A DNA stretch of 64,000 nt from Lingula anatina (lineage: Eukaryota > Animalia > Brachiopoda). The stretch lies in assembly GCA_051362555.1 (NCBI GenBank), contig CM120646.1:9548001-9612000 (forward strand), given 5' to 3'. The notes under the pieces are model-generated. The model was not told where the DNA came from. It made no database searches and saw only the letters and a list, made by a program, of their open reading frames with translations. Within the stretch, counting starts at the first letter, position 1, and every line of letters starts with the position of its first letter. Positions 38,762-51,312 of this stretch are shown one piece after another. The position numbers were made by a program, and so were the translations under genes.

Positions 38762-40468
38762 GCTGCTGGATGATTTTGCAGACAAGATCTGGAGCTATTT
38801 CAAAGCAAAGTCCATTTGCTTGTCTTTCACGGGCATTTTCGCATCAATACAACTAACCAAGTTCTATAGTATTATAAGACGACACATTTTTCACCCTTCA
38901 AATCTGCTGGACTATATTTAACATGCAAATGCAAGCCCCAGTGACTGGGACATAAATGTATATGTGGCTTTTTGGTTCACATTGACCAGTAAAAGATTAA
39001 TAATATAATACCACTATGTATATATATTTATTGCTTACCTTTAAATTATTCAGTATCTTTTAGTGGATGGTCACTTAAGATAAATCTAGATGATATATTT
39101 GAGCATGTGGTTCGGGTTCCACATTTTTGTTACAGACTCAACAAAACTCATCTTGGAATTTATTTTACAACCTTATATTACGGTACCTTTTTATTATCTT
39201 CTGTCACCAAATTAGCACCGGAAAATTACTTTTGAGCCCCCAGAATAGTACCATTTTACCTGATACAAGCCCACAGTTCAAATGTTATAAATTACACCAA
39301 ATTATTAAAATAGCGGCATGCAACCAACACTTGGTTTTGATCAAAATAATGGCTAACAATTATCCTCATGCGGTCAAAGATATATTATTTTGCTTTAATG
39401 CAGCCATTTTGTTTGCTGACACTTGTTTTATAGATCGGGCAAAAGCAGTTTTGCACTAATTGGATTACTAATTGTACATATAAACTGCAGGCCCATGTGG
39501 CGACTGAATCCTATATTTATTTGGAGGCTTATAAAAGTTTCTATTTACATTTTATGAAACCGAAAATGCATTCTGCACCAGGAAATAATCAAAAATAACG
39601 TATGGCACGCTAATGAAGGTGTGATAGTTTCAAAATGGTGAATAATGCTCAATTTGAAAATGGCGTATGAGGGTCATCTTGGATTTGAGGAACAAATTTT
39701 ATGAAACAAACAATGTATTCTGCACCAGAAAATAATATAAAACGACGTATTACTCATTTACAAAGATGTTATACATATAGTTTCAAAAAAGCGAATTATG
39801 CCCAATTTCAAAATAGGTTTTGGCGGCCATCTTGGATTTGAGGGACAAAACGGCCACAATGGCCTCCATAATGGTAAAAATGAGGTTTTTTTGCCATTAT
39901 GGATAGTATATAACAAAAAATTGCATTGAGATATATTTGAATACGGGTTATCAATATCCATGGTTTTGCAGCCTTCACACATATCTTGGTAGGCACTTAA
40001 AACACCCTCTTTATTCCTTCAAATCACCTACTATCACCAAAACAATATCAAAAATGACTTTTGCACCCCCAAAATAGTGGGAATCGATATATATATCAAG
40101 TATAGTTAGACCAAACGCTTCAAAATTCAACATAAAATAGCAAAATTATGTCCACTTTCAAAATGGCGGGTGGCGGCCATCTTGGATTTGAGGCACAAAA
40201 TGGCCACCAATTGCTTCCAAATGATCAAAAATGGGTTCCTTGTCCCTAATTTAGTCTGGTTTCATAATCTATACATGTTTCTAGGCCAAAAATTAATGGA
40301 AATATGAAATATTATATATTTTGGCACCTAATTTGCATAATTTATGCTAATTTATGCATCGATAGAGCGCGTCTCTTTGGATAAAAAATTTTCTTTTGGC
40401 CCAAGGAACATTTATGCCAAGTTAGACATTTGTACTATAAAATGCAGCGTTTGACCTCTTAACAAGCC
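36831..40468. mobile_element. DNA transposon with ~790-bp TIRs, no intact ORF (possibly Academ-type; unclassified)
   Basis: 36831-~37625 is a near-perfect reverse complement of ~39700-40468; flanked by TACTA on both sides; repeated internal CAAATCCAAGATGGCCGCC motifs. Confidence 0.9.
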
Positions 40469-42539
40469 TACTAAGTGCTGCGTTTTTAGAAATGGCGCTC
40501 TTTCTAAATAGACGTCATCTTTAAAGTTCATCTTTGTGAATTACTATAGTAGAAACATACGGTAGTTATATAAGTAAAAGATTAATCTGTACAGTTTTTT
40601 AGAGACAAAAGTTGTAAAAGTTTGTATAACCTGGTGTGTTAAAGTTAAAGGACATCAGTAAACACCCGAACGCACTCAAAACTCAATTTCCCCAACTCTC
40701 CCAAACCAGGCTTTTATACCATCATCATACCCTCCCCCCATCATTTTTGTGCCGCTTCATTTCAACATATTTCCTTTTAATCTAACTTTCTCTATTGAAT
40801 GGTTCGTCGACATCTAATTTAAACTAAAAAAAATAGCATATTGTCATTTCCAATGACTTATAAGGTCATTTCTTTATAAACCTTTCATCCCCCTCCTCGT
40901 CTCGCGTTATGTCTTCACTAACACAATTGCCCGGAATTTGTGGAGTCCGTCACAATCATGGTTGAGACAGCATCAAAATCAACACTCCGCAGCCTCTGGC
41001 TACCCTCTACCAGGGCCATAGATTGATTTTTCACTAGATATTAAAAGATGCGTCTCTGGTTAACTAGATGACTAATCTCTGTACTGTAAAAGCAAAACAT
41101 ATCCACAGCATAATAACTGCGGAATATGGCTCATTTGAAATGTCTTCACGGTGACAGGGAACATATTTTGGGTTACATGTAGCAAGAAAGATTAAGAGGT
41201 TAAAAACGCGTGAGAAAGAGGTGGAGAAAAGTTAAAATAGGTTTAATTGAGACATTAATAAAATCGAAAAACAAATTAATTCAATTACAAGCTACTACTA
41301 CTACATTTTGATGGACAATATTAAATTACACACAATCATCTAGAACTAAAGTCGGAAATCACCACTGGAGAGATTATCATTATCAGGGTTCTTATCATTA
41401 TCAGCCAAGGCTACATTTTGCACAGACGCCGTACGATGATTTTTCGTATATTTTGTACTGTAGATGTCTATGGGCTAGCATGCTTACGTTCGGTACGGGC
41501 GACGTACTATTTTTCCCACATGACCTTGAAGTTAAGTGACGGACGCCCCACGAGTAGGGTCATATGGGCAATACATGGACACCATAGGACATCGTATATT
41601 ACAAATGAAACCTAGGATTGGATATGTGGTAAATTTTTAATATATTTGGTCTGGAATTATGCGTACAATTTTTTAAATGTTTGCGGCCGCACCTGAGAGA
41701 AATTTCAGTCTCATATTCTTTATTATTACCAAAAACTGTTTGTGCGCGCGCGTGTTTGTGTGTGTGTGGGGGGGGGGGGGGAGGGGGTTGGTCCTTTATA
41801 AGGATAATGAAACCAGATCCGCTCATTGCTCAATCGATTGGTTGCCTAGATTTAATCGTATTGTCCTCACACCCACGTGCAGTGAGTATTACTTATATAC
41901 AGCCTATGCCAGTAATATATTGCCTTCTATACTACTACTCTTATACTACTACTCTCGCTATTGCTACATCATCTTGTAGGCCTACTACTACATGCACTGC
42001 TACTACTACTTACACTGCCACAGGTATGCTGAGATGAGTTTCCAGAAGTCTCTTACATGCTGTCGTGGACAACCTGAAAATATTTGTTCCCCGTGAGTTA
42101 GTACGACTGGTGTAACGAACTGATATTTTTGTATGTTTCCCTTCCTCTCTCCTACATCCATCCCCGTTATCCTCCCCCCCCCCCCCACCACCACCACCAC
42201 CACCACATTCCCCTTCAAACACTTCAATCATTGCAATACACCTCCCTCCCCTCCCCGTCTCACGTTATGTCTTCACTAACACAATGGGGTGATATCTGTG
42301 GAACCCGTCACAATCATGGTTGAGACAGCATCAGAATCAGCGGGAGCGGTGTCTCGCTTGTATTGTTGAAAGGACAGTAGTAACACCTACCAGGGCCACG
42401 CAGAGAATTTTCATTAAAATGTCACAGGTATTTTTCTGTCCAATTCTGCACCAGTTTTTGTGCTGTCCAGCGAGAAACTTTAAAAACAAAAATAATAAAA
42501 CGCCACCGGTCCCACAGCCGAACCCTGGAGGGGTAGAAG

Positions 42540-43200
42540 GACTGCCTATTGGTCATGATTGGCTGCCCTCCTCACCTTCGGCTCCGTGGTAGAATATAGC
42601 ATATTTGTATAGCATGATCTATTAGTGTATTCATTACGGACAGGAGCGATGCATAACTTTCATTTGATTTTCTTGGCTATGCAGTGATTTAGTTTCGAAG
42701 TTTTAAAGGCAATATGTGATACATGTATGTGAGTTGCCAGTTTACGAACTTTTTATCTGTGACAGTTCCCAAAGATTGTTAACTGAGATGACAGGTTAGA
42801 GTTATCGTTTGAGTCTGAATTGAGGTCGGCTTCTGAAGAGTGGTACCTTTTACTGTACCGGTCCATTTTAAGAGACAATTCAATGGCTTGGGATGTACGT
42901 AAGAGTGTTACCAAAAGGGACACCCTCCCTCCTCTCTCTTGGGTGATATACTGTAAATTAGCAGCTTTAAATCGGGAAGCAAAGTTCAGAAGAACTTGCA
43001 AAAAGTAGTAAAAGCCTCTTCAGAGTATTTACGTGTTATAAAACCTCACAAAGTGAAGAGTTCCAGTTTTAACTTTTAAAATGTACCTCTCAGTGCGAAT
43101 AAAGTTGTCTGACGTTACGAATGTATTGATATTTTAAAGGTGTATCAACTACAGAAGCCTGTCAACAACTCATCAGAATTGAGTGCAGTATATCACTGTA
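42540..43200 (-). mobile_element. Highly degenerate LINE (CR1/L2-like) endonuclease fragment
   Basis: Scattered APE-like motifs across frames: SLCE, RGGRVSLLV, TLIDH. Confidence 0.35.
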
Positions 43201-44199
43201 TGTCAAGAGCGGGCGGGTTGTTTTTACCTTCTCCTGGAGTATGGGTCGCTCCACGAAGCTTAATGTTTACATGAGATTTTAGTCTTACAAGTTACAGTAC
43301 TACCAAAGCGGATGAATGTTAGTGCTTGGTATTGTTTTGTTGGTGCTAAATAAGTGTTTGGTGTGTTGGTTAATTCGTGGCCATGGGTTTTGTGGTTAAT
43401 ATGAGCGTTAGTGCTGAAAGATCTGTGGCTAGTGTCAGTAAACGCCTAATCCCTTTATAAGGCCTGATAGTCCCGAACAAAAATTTATTGAAACTGTTGC
43501 CATACATGATAGAGTTGATAAGTCAACTTAAATTTCTTAATCCTTCTCTTCCCAAAGCAATTTCGTAGACGTATTATTAAAAAACTTCTAATGTTCTTAT
43601 TCATCTTGGTCATCAGATAATATTAGAGCTCAAACATCTATCCAGGCATCAGGCCCCCCCCCCCCCCCCCCCCGGGACCATCCCCCTCCCCCCCCTGTAA
43701 AGAATACATGTATAATAATGAGAACGAAAATGTGATATTGAGTACAATTATAAATGCCTGCTTTTCATAAAATTCTATCTCCAGGCAGGGGTGGGTAAAC
43801 AGATAATCATACTCATTAAGGTATCCTTTTGATGAAATTACGTACTGGAAGTTTTAATTGATTTACCACCGCCCTAGACAGAAATAAATAAGCTTCGAAA
43901 CTTATCTTCTTTTTCTAGTATTTCATTATTATTTGCTTAACCTGTTATACAGAAACCTCACTAACATCAAATGAAATGCAGATAATATTATGTTTGTTTG
44001 CTTTCAGGAAAAAAAAGAGAAAATGGTAGTATTAGTTTGATTAAAAAATGACATGTAACGGCAAATGACCAAATTTGCTAAAATAAATGTTATTAAGGTT
44101 GCCTCTCAGGCCTGTTGAGCGTAAGCGGACTTCCTGATTCTTGTTATTTATAATTATAGCCAATACTTTTGTTTTTATTTCATTTTCTGTCTCTTTTCT

Positions 44200-44367
44200 C
44201 AGGATCGGATCCAGAGATATTTTCTGAGATCCTTCCCAATTATCTCTGTTGATCCATCCTCCATTTTTGACCGTCTTCCGACAGAAAAAAATAGATACCC
44301 GGCAATGTAAACTTGAAAATCTGACCGTCTTCCGGAAGACCCAGAAGACGGCCTAAATCTGCCCCTG
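44200..44367. mobile_element. Short hAT-like MITE, 6-bp TSD
   Basis: CAGGATCGGATCCAG..CTAAATCTGCCCCTG; TSD TTTTCT. Confidence 0.65.
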
Positions 44368-47300
44368 TTTTCTTATAGTCAGTAAAACATTTAAGAAGTG
44401 TATAAATGAAATACATGTATAATATAGATAATTCACAACCAGAGTGTTTTCTTCTCTGGGAAGGTGGGGTCGTCTTGAGGGAATTGTTAACGGGGGGGGG
44501 GGGGGGGGGGGGGTTGCCTAAGTGATAGGTACATTTGGAAATAAGAAGCGGCTTTCACAGGTAACGAAAATACATATACCCAATGGGACTCATTTAGTTA
44601 AAAAGTTAAAAACTTTAATAATAATAATAATAGCGATTCTTATTTAAAGGCATTTGGGGCGTCAGGCAAGAAGCCAGCACTTGACATTAATTTACAATAA
44701 ATGAAGCACTTAAATAATTACTTTATTCCAATACACCAATGTTTGACTTTTGATTCACGTTTAAAAATTTCTTAAGTAAATTCTTTTTCAAAATTTCTTT
44801 TATTAAACTTAAGAAATAAACTATACATGGTAAAAACATTTTACTATAGTCAAATACATACGTAAACACCCATACTCACATACTATTCTGCTCAATTACT
44901 GACAACTTCACTTTCGCCTTTATATTCCAGTATGTTCGTGCTTTAATACAATAGATATCGGTATACTGGAAATTCACATGAAAAGTAAATTTATTTTTGA
45001 CAAAGACTGTGTTTGTTTAATCCCTTACAACTTTTAAAGGCAATGATCCCGTTTTAATGAACTTTTACACATGTATTATTGAAAGTATTTGAGCATCTGG
45101 TGTTACAAGCCTACAGAGCAGGAACGGCAAATAACATCTCAATGTTATTAACACCGCCAGTATATAAAAAGTCCCCCAACTGGATGGGATCATGAAGACA
45201 GAATGGAGAAAACAATAAAACGAATTATAGGGATCCCATCCATTCAGCAAATTCTTTTTTTATTTCTCACCAAGCAATATTAGACTTCTGATTTTAAGGG
45301 GAGTAAATGTTCTTAAGTAGTTTTTTTTTCTCTCTAAGTATCTAATATTTTAATTTCACTTTTAAGACTAGCTTATAAATATTATAATATTCAGTTCTTT
45401 ATTTAGTTTTATATCTCAAATGAAAACATTTCCCGATATTTATATTTCAATAGCATTTTATTTGCTGAATTAATTTTTATGTTATTTCACTAGTTAGAAA
45501 AAAAACAAGATAAACATAAAACGCCCTAAGCTGGACTTTTAGGAAATGACTAGAACAAAATTCATTGAACGGCCCTATATTGTTAAAGATCTCGGTAATT
45601 TATTAGTAGACATATTGTCCACAGCTGCCGTAAGCTTAAAATTTCTTCCCTGGAAAGTAGATGATGTTAAGAATAGTACATTTCTTAAGATAGAACTCGG
45701 TCTCATGTTTTCCAAATGTGTCAGGAATCTAATCCGCGAAGCAGGCGACCACTGTACCCCTAAACCACAGAGACAGACGTAAACTTAAGCTATAGGCATG
45801 GCGAGATGGGCCTTGAGCTCTCTATCGCCCCCCCCCCCCCCCCCCCTCGACCCACTACGCAATAAAACCACCCTGGTAGTTGTACACTTTTCTAGAAGTG
45901 TGTGCCAACATTTTCTCTATTTCGAATAAGTTGCAAATACAAATTTCATGAAAAGTAACAATCTGCAGATTCGTTTAAATTACCCATCATGATCTCGTTC
46001 TCCTGCTACTTACAGATGCCTGTAATGAGTTTAATTACTGACTTTTAGAGACAGTAGTTTGACATGCATATGTTCAGTAACATATGATCAATGTATTCTA
46101 TGTAAGGATTATTAAAGATGTATATCTCGAAATAGAATGTATATTTCCGTTAATTAGACTTAAGAAATAAACATTACAATGTACAATAAAATACAAATCA
46201 CTTCTCACATACACATTTCTCAAAAACATACGCATACACACATATCCGTATACCTACCATGCCACTTTATTGCGAGCTACATATATGTAACTACTGTACT
46301 GTATAACATAAATACATACATGTATAAAGACAAGCAAAGAATTATTTTTTTAGTTCAGAAAACATTCGATCTCCCTGGATTACGGATGCCCTCCTTTTTT
46401 TTTTTTTTTTTTTTTTTTTTGAATTTCTGTAAATGTATTACTTTACCTAAGAAATTAGTAGATTTATTTTCTTATCATCATTTCCGAGAATAACATTGGC
46501 TACCTCTCCTTCACTCCAGTTTTCGAATTGTTTCCGCAAGTTTTTAACAGCATCAAAGCAAATGCTATATATATTATATCTTTTATTTTTAAGAATTACA
46601 CGCATCGGACTTTACTTGACTTCGACTGACGTGAAGGTCACTACATTGTATATAAAATTTAGTTTTGAGGGTAATTAAAAAAGATAAGTGGAATCTTGTG
46701 GAAATTACCACGAGGAAAGGCGTAGTCTCGTCTAAAATCATGAATAAATAGAGCAGATAATTTCTAGGCGGGAGCTTCAAGATTATTATAATTTATTCAC
46801 ATTGCTTGAGACGTTTCGTCGTTTAATGAGCGTGAGTAATATCAATACCGGTATCATCAAACGTAGGGTCCGGTTAAATGCAGGGTCTGGGGGACCCTGT
46901 ATATTATACCTAATTATCATGATACAGAGTCCGAGACCAGTTATTTCAGAAACCAGGGGTCCTACGGACTATCTCTCATGGGGGACCTTCTGGTACATGA
47001 CACCGGACTGCCCGCGTGGAAGGCGAGCATTATCCCACGGTGGCTCCCGTGCTTCAGTTTGCACGGATGGCCCCTGCCCCTCCCCTCCCCTCCCCAATAA
47101 ATCCTTCCGTGATGCTCGTAAACTTTTGTGCAAGTTTGAGTGCTATGTTCTGTATTTTGAATGAGTTACCGACATCAGCTTCATTTTAATTGGCAATCTA
47201 CACCTCCGTTTACATTATTAGATATACCTGTATCTTCTGCAACTCATACGTGTGTGATAAGTTCAATAACTGACACAGAGGTAGTAGTTTAGATGTATGT

Positions 47301-47384
47301 ATTCTGCATAAGGAACATATTAAAATGTGTGTTTGTTAAAACAAAATTAAAATTGCCTCAAAACAATTGTTAGTTTAATATTTC

Positions 47385-47813
47385 TTATTACCTCCGCCAA
47401 GGAGGTTGTTTTCACCCCTGTTTGTTTGTCTGTCTGTCTGTTTGTCATCAACATAACTCAAAAAGTTATGGCTGAATTTCGATGGAATTTTTAGGGTAGG
47501 TCAGAAATCGGTTAACTTAGAAGTGATTAGATTTTGGTGGTGATCTGGGTCAATAATCAGTCAATAATCAAAAATAAAAAACTAAGTTATGGACCGATTT
47601 TGATTGAATTTTTCTGGAACTGTCAGAATGGGGCCAAGGAACAGATGGTTAGTTTTTGGTGGTGATCCGGATCAATAATCAACCAATAATCAATAATAAA
47701 AAATAAAAAAAAAACTAAATCATTATAGAATGAAAATCTAGGGGTAAAACGGCATTGGATGGAGACTTTCCTCCCTTGGCGGAGGTCTGCGCTCTCTGAG
47801 TGCTTTTCTAGTT
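47385..47813 (+). mobile_element. HINE / non-autonomous Helentron
   Basis: subTIRs ACCTCCGCCAAGG and CCTTGGCGGAGGT, (GTCT)n, two internal ~130-bp units, 3' hairpin plus CTAGTT. Confidence 0.88.
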
Positions 47814-48417
47814 TTATCTATTTTACGTTAAAAAATAAACGCATCGGACTTTCCCAGTGCTGCCCTCTGTGGCCCAATTAATGTGTAGATACATGTATTA
47901 AGACGAGGAAGGGTGTGTCTGTTTCTGGACATCTGTTATTAGATCCCCTTTTGTGTAAGCTTACGTGTAATTCAAGTACTGATGCAAATTAAATGACCAT
48001 AATATTAAACGCAAAAAATATTTATATCCTTTCAGCTTCAAAGACTGGCGTAGCAGCTACGAATGTTTACTTGATAGCCAGAAATGGTTTCACTCAGTTC
48101 TTTTTATTACTGCTTATTCAAACCAATGATTATAATCAGGTTCTCTGCATGAAAGGAAGTAAATCCAGTTACCAGATTTTGACCGTCAGTTCTGAACTCT
48201 CGAAGTCTATTTATAATGGTGCTGAAAACAAGGTATTGTGGAGGGGGAGGGTGTCCAGATGTCTTGGAGACGGCTTTTTATTTTTGCTCCAGATCTCGCT
48301 TTGTATATAATTGAGTCAGTGAACATTTATCTTCATCTTTGTTATCTTGTTATAACCAGTAGGAGAATAACGATATGAAAGGCAAATAAAGACTTATATA
48401 ATGTAACGCCGACACAG

Positions 48418-48453
<36 letters not shown>

Positions 48454-49064
48454 TAAAATAAAATACATTTGTTCACAAAAAAATTAAGCTTTGTGCTCAT
48501 TTGCAGTTTAGTTTGACTGAAGAAATAGCGTCTCTCTCTCTCTCTCTGTAGTAGAAGTAATATTCTGACAGATTTACAAAAAAAAAAGTAAGCACTGCAA
48601 AGATGAAGCAAGTAAATTCATCATTTGTCTTTGATTCCAGTACTTTCATCTTCTCCGAAATCACACTAATCTGCAAAAGTTTACCCAATTTTGACAATTA
48701 TTCGAGACCTTTTACTTTGGGCCAGCTAGTTGTTAAGTAGGCCACTTTCTTGGCTAAACTCATTTAACCTTTAAAGGGATGATATTCAGGCAAACTTCAG
48801 AAGAATTACCCTTTATAAAAGTTATAGATATAGCCGTGTGAGTATCTAGGAATGATCTTCTGTGCCAGCAAAAGACCTAACATTTGCCTATACAAATCTC
48901 AGGACAGGTTGCCATAGTTACTGTAGAAGCACAGGGAAAAGGTGTAGTCTGTCTGTGAGGCGGCGGATGTCGGTGATTTTATTGTTCTTGCATGCGAGTG
49001 CGTAAAGTACGCCAGAGACATTATTCATTAAACGTACACGTACTTCGTAGTTAAGTATGGTATT

Positions 49065-49345
49065 CAGGGGCGGATCCAGGATTATTTGAAGGGGGGGGGG
49101 GCGGATTTTAGGAATGACAGGCAGCGCCCCCCCCCCCCCATACCCTTAGCGTGGGCTCTGGGAAGGGCCCCTTAAATTTTGGTATTTCAGAAAGCAAACG
49201 GTGACATTTGGTACAGTTTATACAACGATTCAGCTAGTCAAAATTCTAATTTCAAGAGGGGACCACTGGTGTGATTTTTTTCAGAAATCGAAGGGGGGGG
49301 GGGAGGTCAGGCCCCCCACTGACACACCCCCTAAATCTGCCACTG
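49065..49345. mobile_element. hAT5-like MITE
   Basis: CAGGGGCGGATCCAG..CTAAATCTGCCACTG; 5-bp TSD GTATT. Confidence 0.75.
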
Positions 49346-50980
49346 GTATTAAACTACAATGTAATTTCTTTGACACTCATTTGAAAAAGGATGTCCTTTT
49401 TGAATGTGGTAGGCATCATGTTTGTACAATTTGACGTCATTTACAATGACTAGTTGGAAAACAAGTCTAAATTGACAAGGTTTTGCAATTTATAGTGGTA
49501 GAAAATAAAAACTGTCAAATTCAGGGATCATATAGGTGACTGCATGTTTTTATTTTTTTCTGCAATCCAAATGCAGTAAACTAACCAGTTGACTTTATTT
49601 TTACTCTTAACTAAGAGCATACTCATTTATCTCGTTTCTAAAAATTAATTGCATGATTTATATTTCTCATTTGTATTGCAGACTAAACTGTTATCTGAAA
49701 ATCAACTTACTATGAACACATGAAATGAATAATCAAGAAAATTCAGATATCAACACTCGTGATTAGCATATTTGGTTAAAAATATAATCATGGTTGTCGT
49801 GAGGTACCAGCTAACATCACTGTGAGTCCCAGTCTTTAGTGAAATAGAATGTATCTCGACGAAGAGAGATTCTCATCATGTCACCAAAACCTTTTTAAGT
49901 ATTTCACTCGGGGATCTAAGACTTTGTGTTGAAAGATTTGTGGTAGACGTCACAACCATGTTAAGACAAGACAAACGTCAGAATATTACCGCGTATAAAA
50001 AGTTGCTTTTACATATGGACCGGGCCCACTATGTCAAAATGTCATTTCTCGAGGAAATAAAATACATGCATTGCTTTAAATTCTTATATAAGATAAAATT
50101 GAATGTCCTTTAAGTGTTGTACTGGCATGTCAAATAATCATGTATTTTAAGATATGTGTTGAAGACGTGTATTGACCGCTTGAAATGACTGGAGGATTGG
50201 CTAGTTATAATAAACCAGTGGCGATTTAGAGGGGGGGGGGGGGGGTCATGACTCTTCGGTTTCTGAAAAATAAATCACACCTGTCCTCGCCCCTTCACCT
50301 AACCCCAGCAGCTGAAGTCGCATAAACAAGGGCACTGTGAGGGCGTTTTGAACTATTTTATCCACGCTTTACAGCAGTAAAATAAACCAACAAAATAGTT
50401 ACAAGAGCGAAGTAGCGGTTTGTTTGTTAAATAGGATAGTAATATTTTTGTTAACAGTTAATATTTTTCTTTCACATTCACTTATTATCACAGGTCCTTG
50501 CTGACAATTACCACCGCAAAAAAATAAACCACTTACCTCAACCACAACACGAATGTCACCTTTAATGAAGATTAATTAGTATCGTTTAATTAATTAATTT
50601 ATTCATTTATTTGCAGAAAGTCTTTGACAGTAAAAGAACCTGTCAATATTCCACACATAATGCAAAAACATTTATCCTTCCTTCTTCAACGCACGAAATG
50701 ACCCATGCGCTACCTCCAGAATAACGTCAAATGTCATATTTCTTTACTTGAATCTGTTTTTAAATTGGTTTCTTTTGCTAAATTCTTCTTTTTACAAAAT
50801 AGTTTGTAATCTAGAGTGTTGTATTCGAGACGCTGAAGGGTTCAAAAAGAGAACTAGTATTGGAAACATGTTGCACATATTCTCTTGAAATATTTTGCAA
50901 TTTAATTACTAACTTCAGATTTTAGCGCTCTCTTTTGGCGTACTCACTGTTTCACAGCGAGAGATATCACAGTGCGCAAT

Positions 50981-51312
50981 GATTGACGTTTGTTTATATA
51001 ACCTGCCAATCGATCTGTTATTTTTTGACAGCAACAAAACTAACTGAATTTGATTGGCACCTTGTCAATCAAAGGGTGTAGGAAGCTTGAACTAAACGTG
51101 TTCGACGACTATAGTGATCCACAGTGTAATGATTGTGATTGACGTTTGTTTATATAACCTGCCAATCAAGCTGTTATTAATTGACAGCAGCTATCAAAAC
51201 TAATGAATTTGATTGGCATCTTGTCAATCAAAGGATATAGGGGTTTTTTACATGTTCGGAGAGAAGAGTGTAGTAATTGTGTTTGACGTTTGTTTAAAAA
51301 AACTGTCATTCA
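50981..51312. repeat. ~150-bp tandem repeat, about 2.2 copies, rich in CCAAT/ATTGG motifs
   Basis: g(a/t)ttgacgtttgttta.. at 50981, 51137 and 51281; the first two continue tataacctgccaatc. Confidence 0.75.

Noticed and set aside
44620-45780. Possible CR1-like RT 3' remnant on the minus strand
   Set aside because: Only weak scattered motifs (LGV-like, (ATT)n tail); too degenerate to support.
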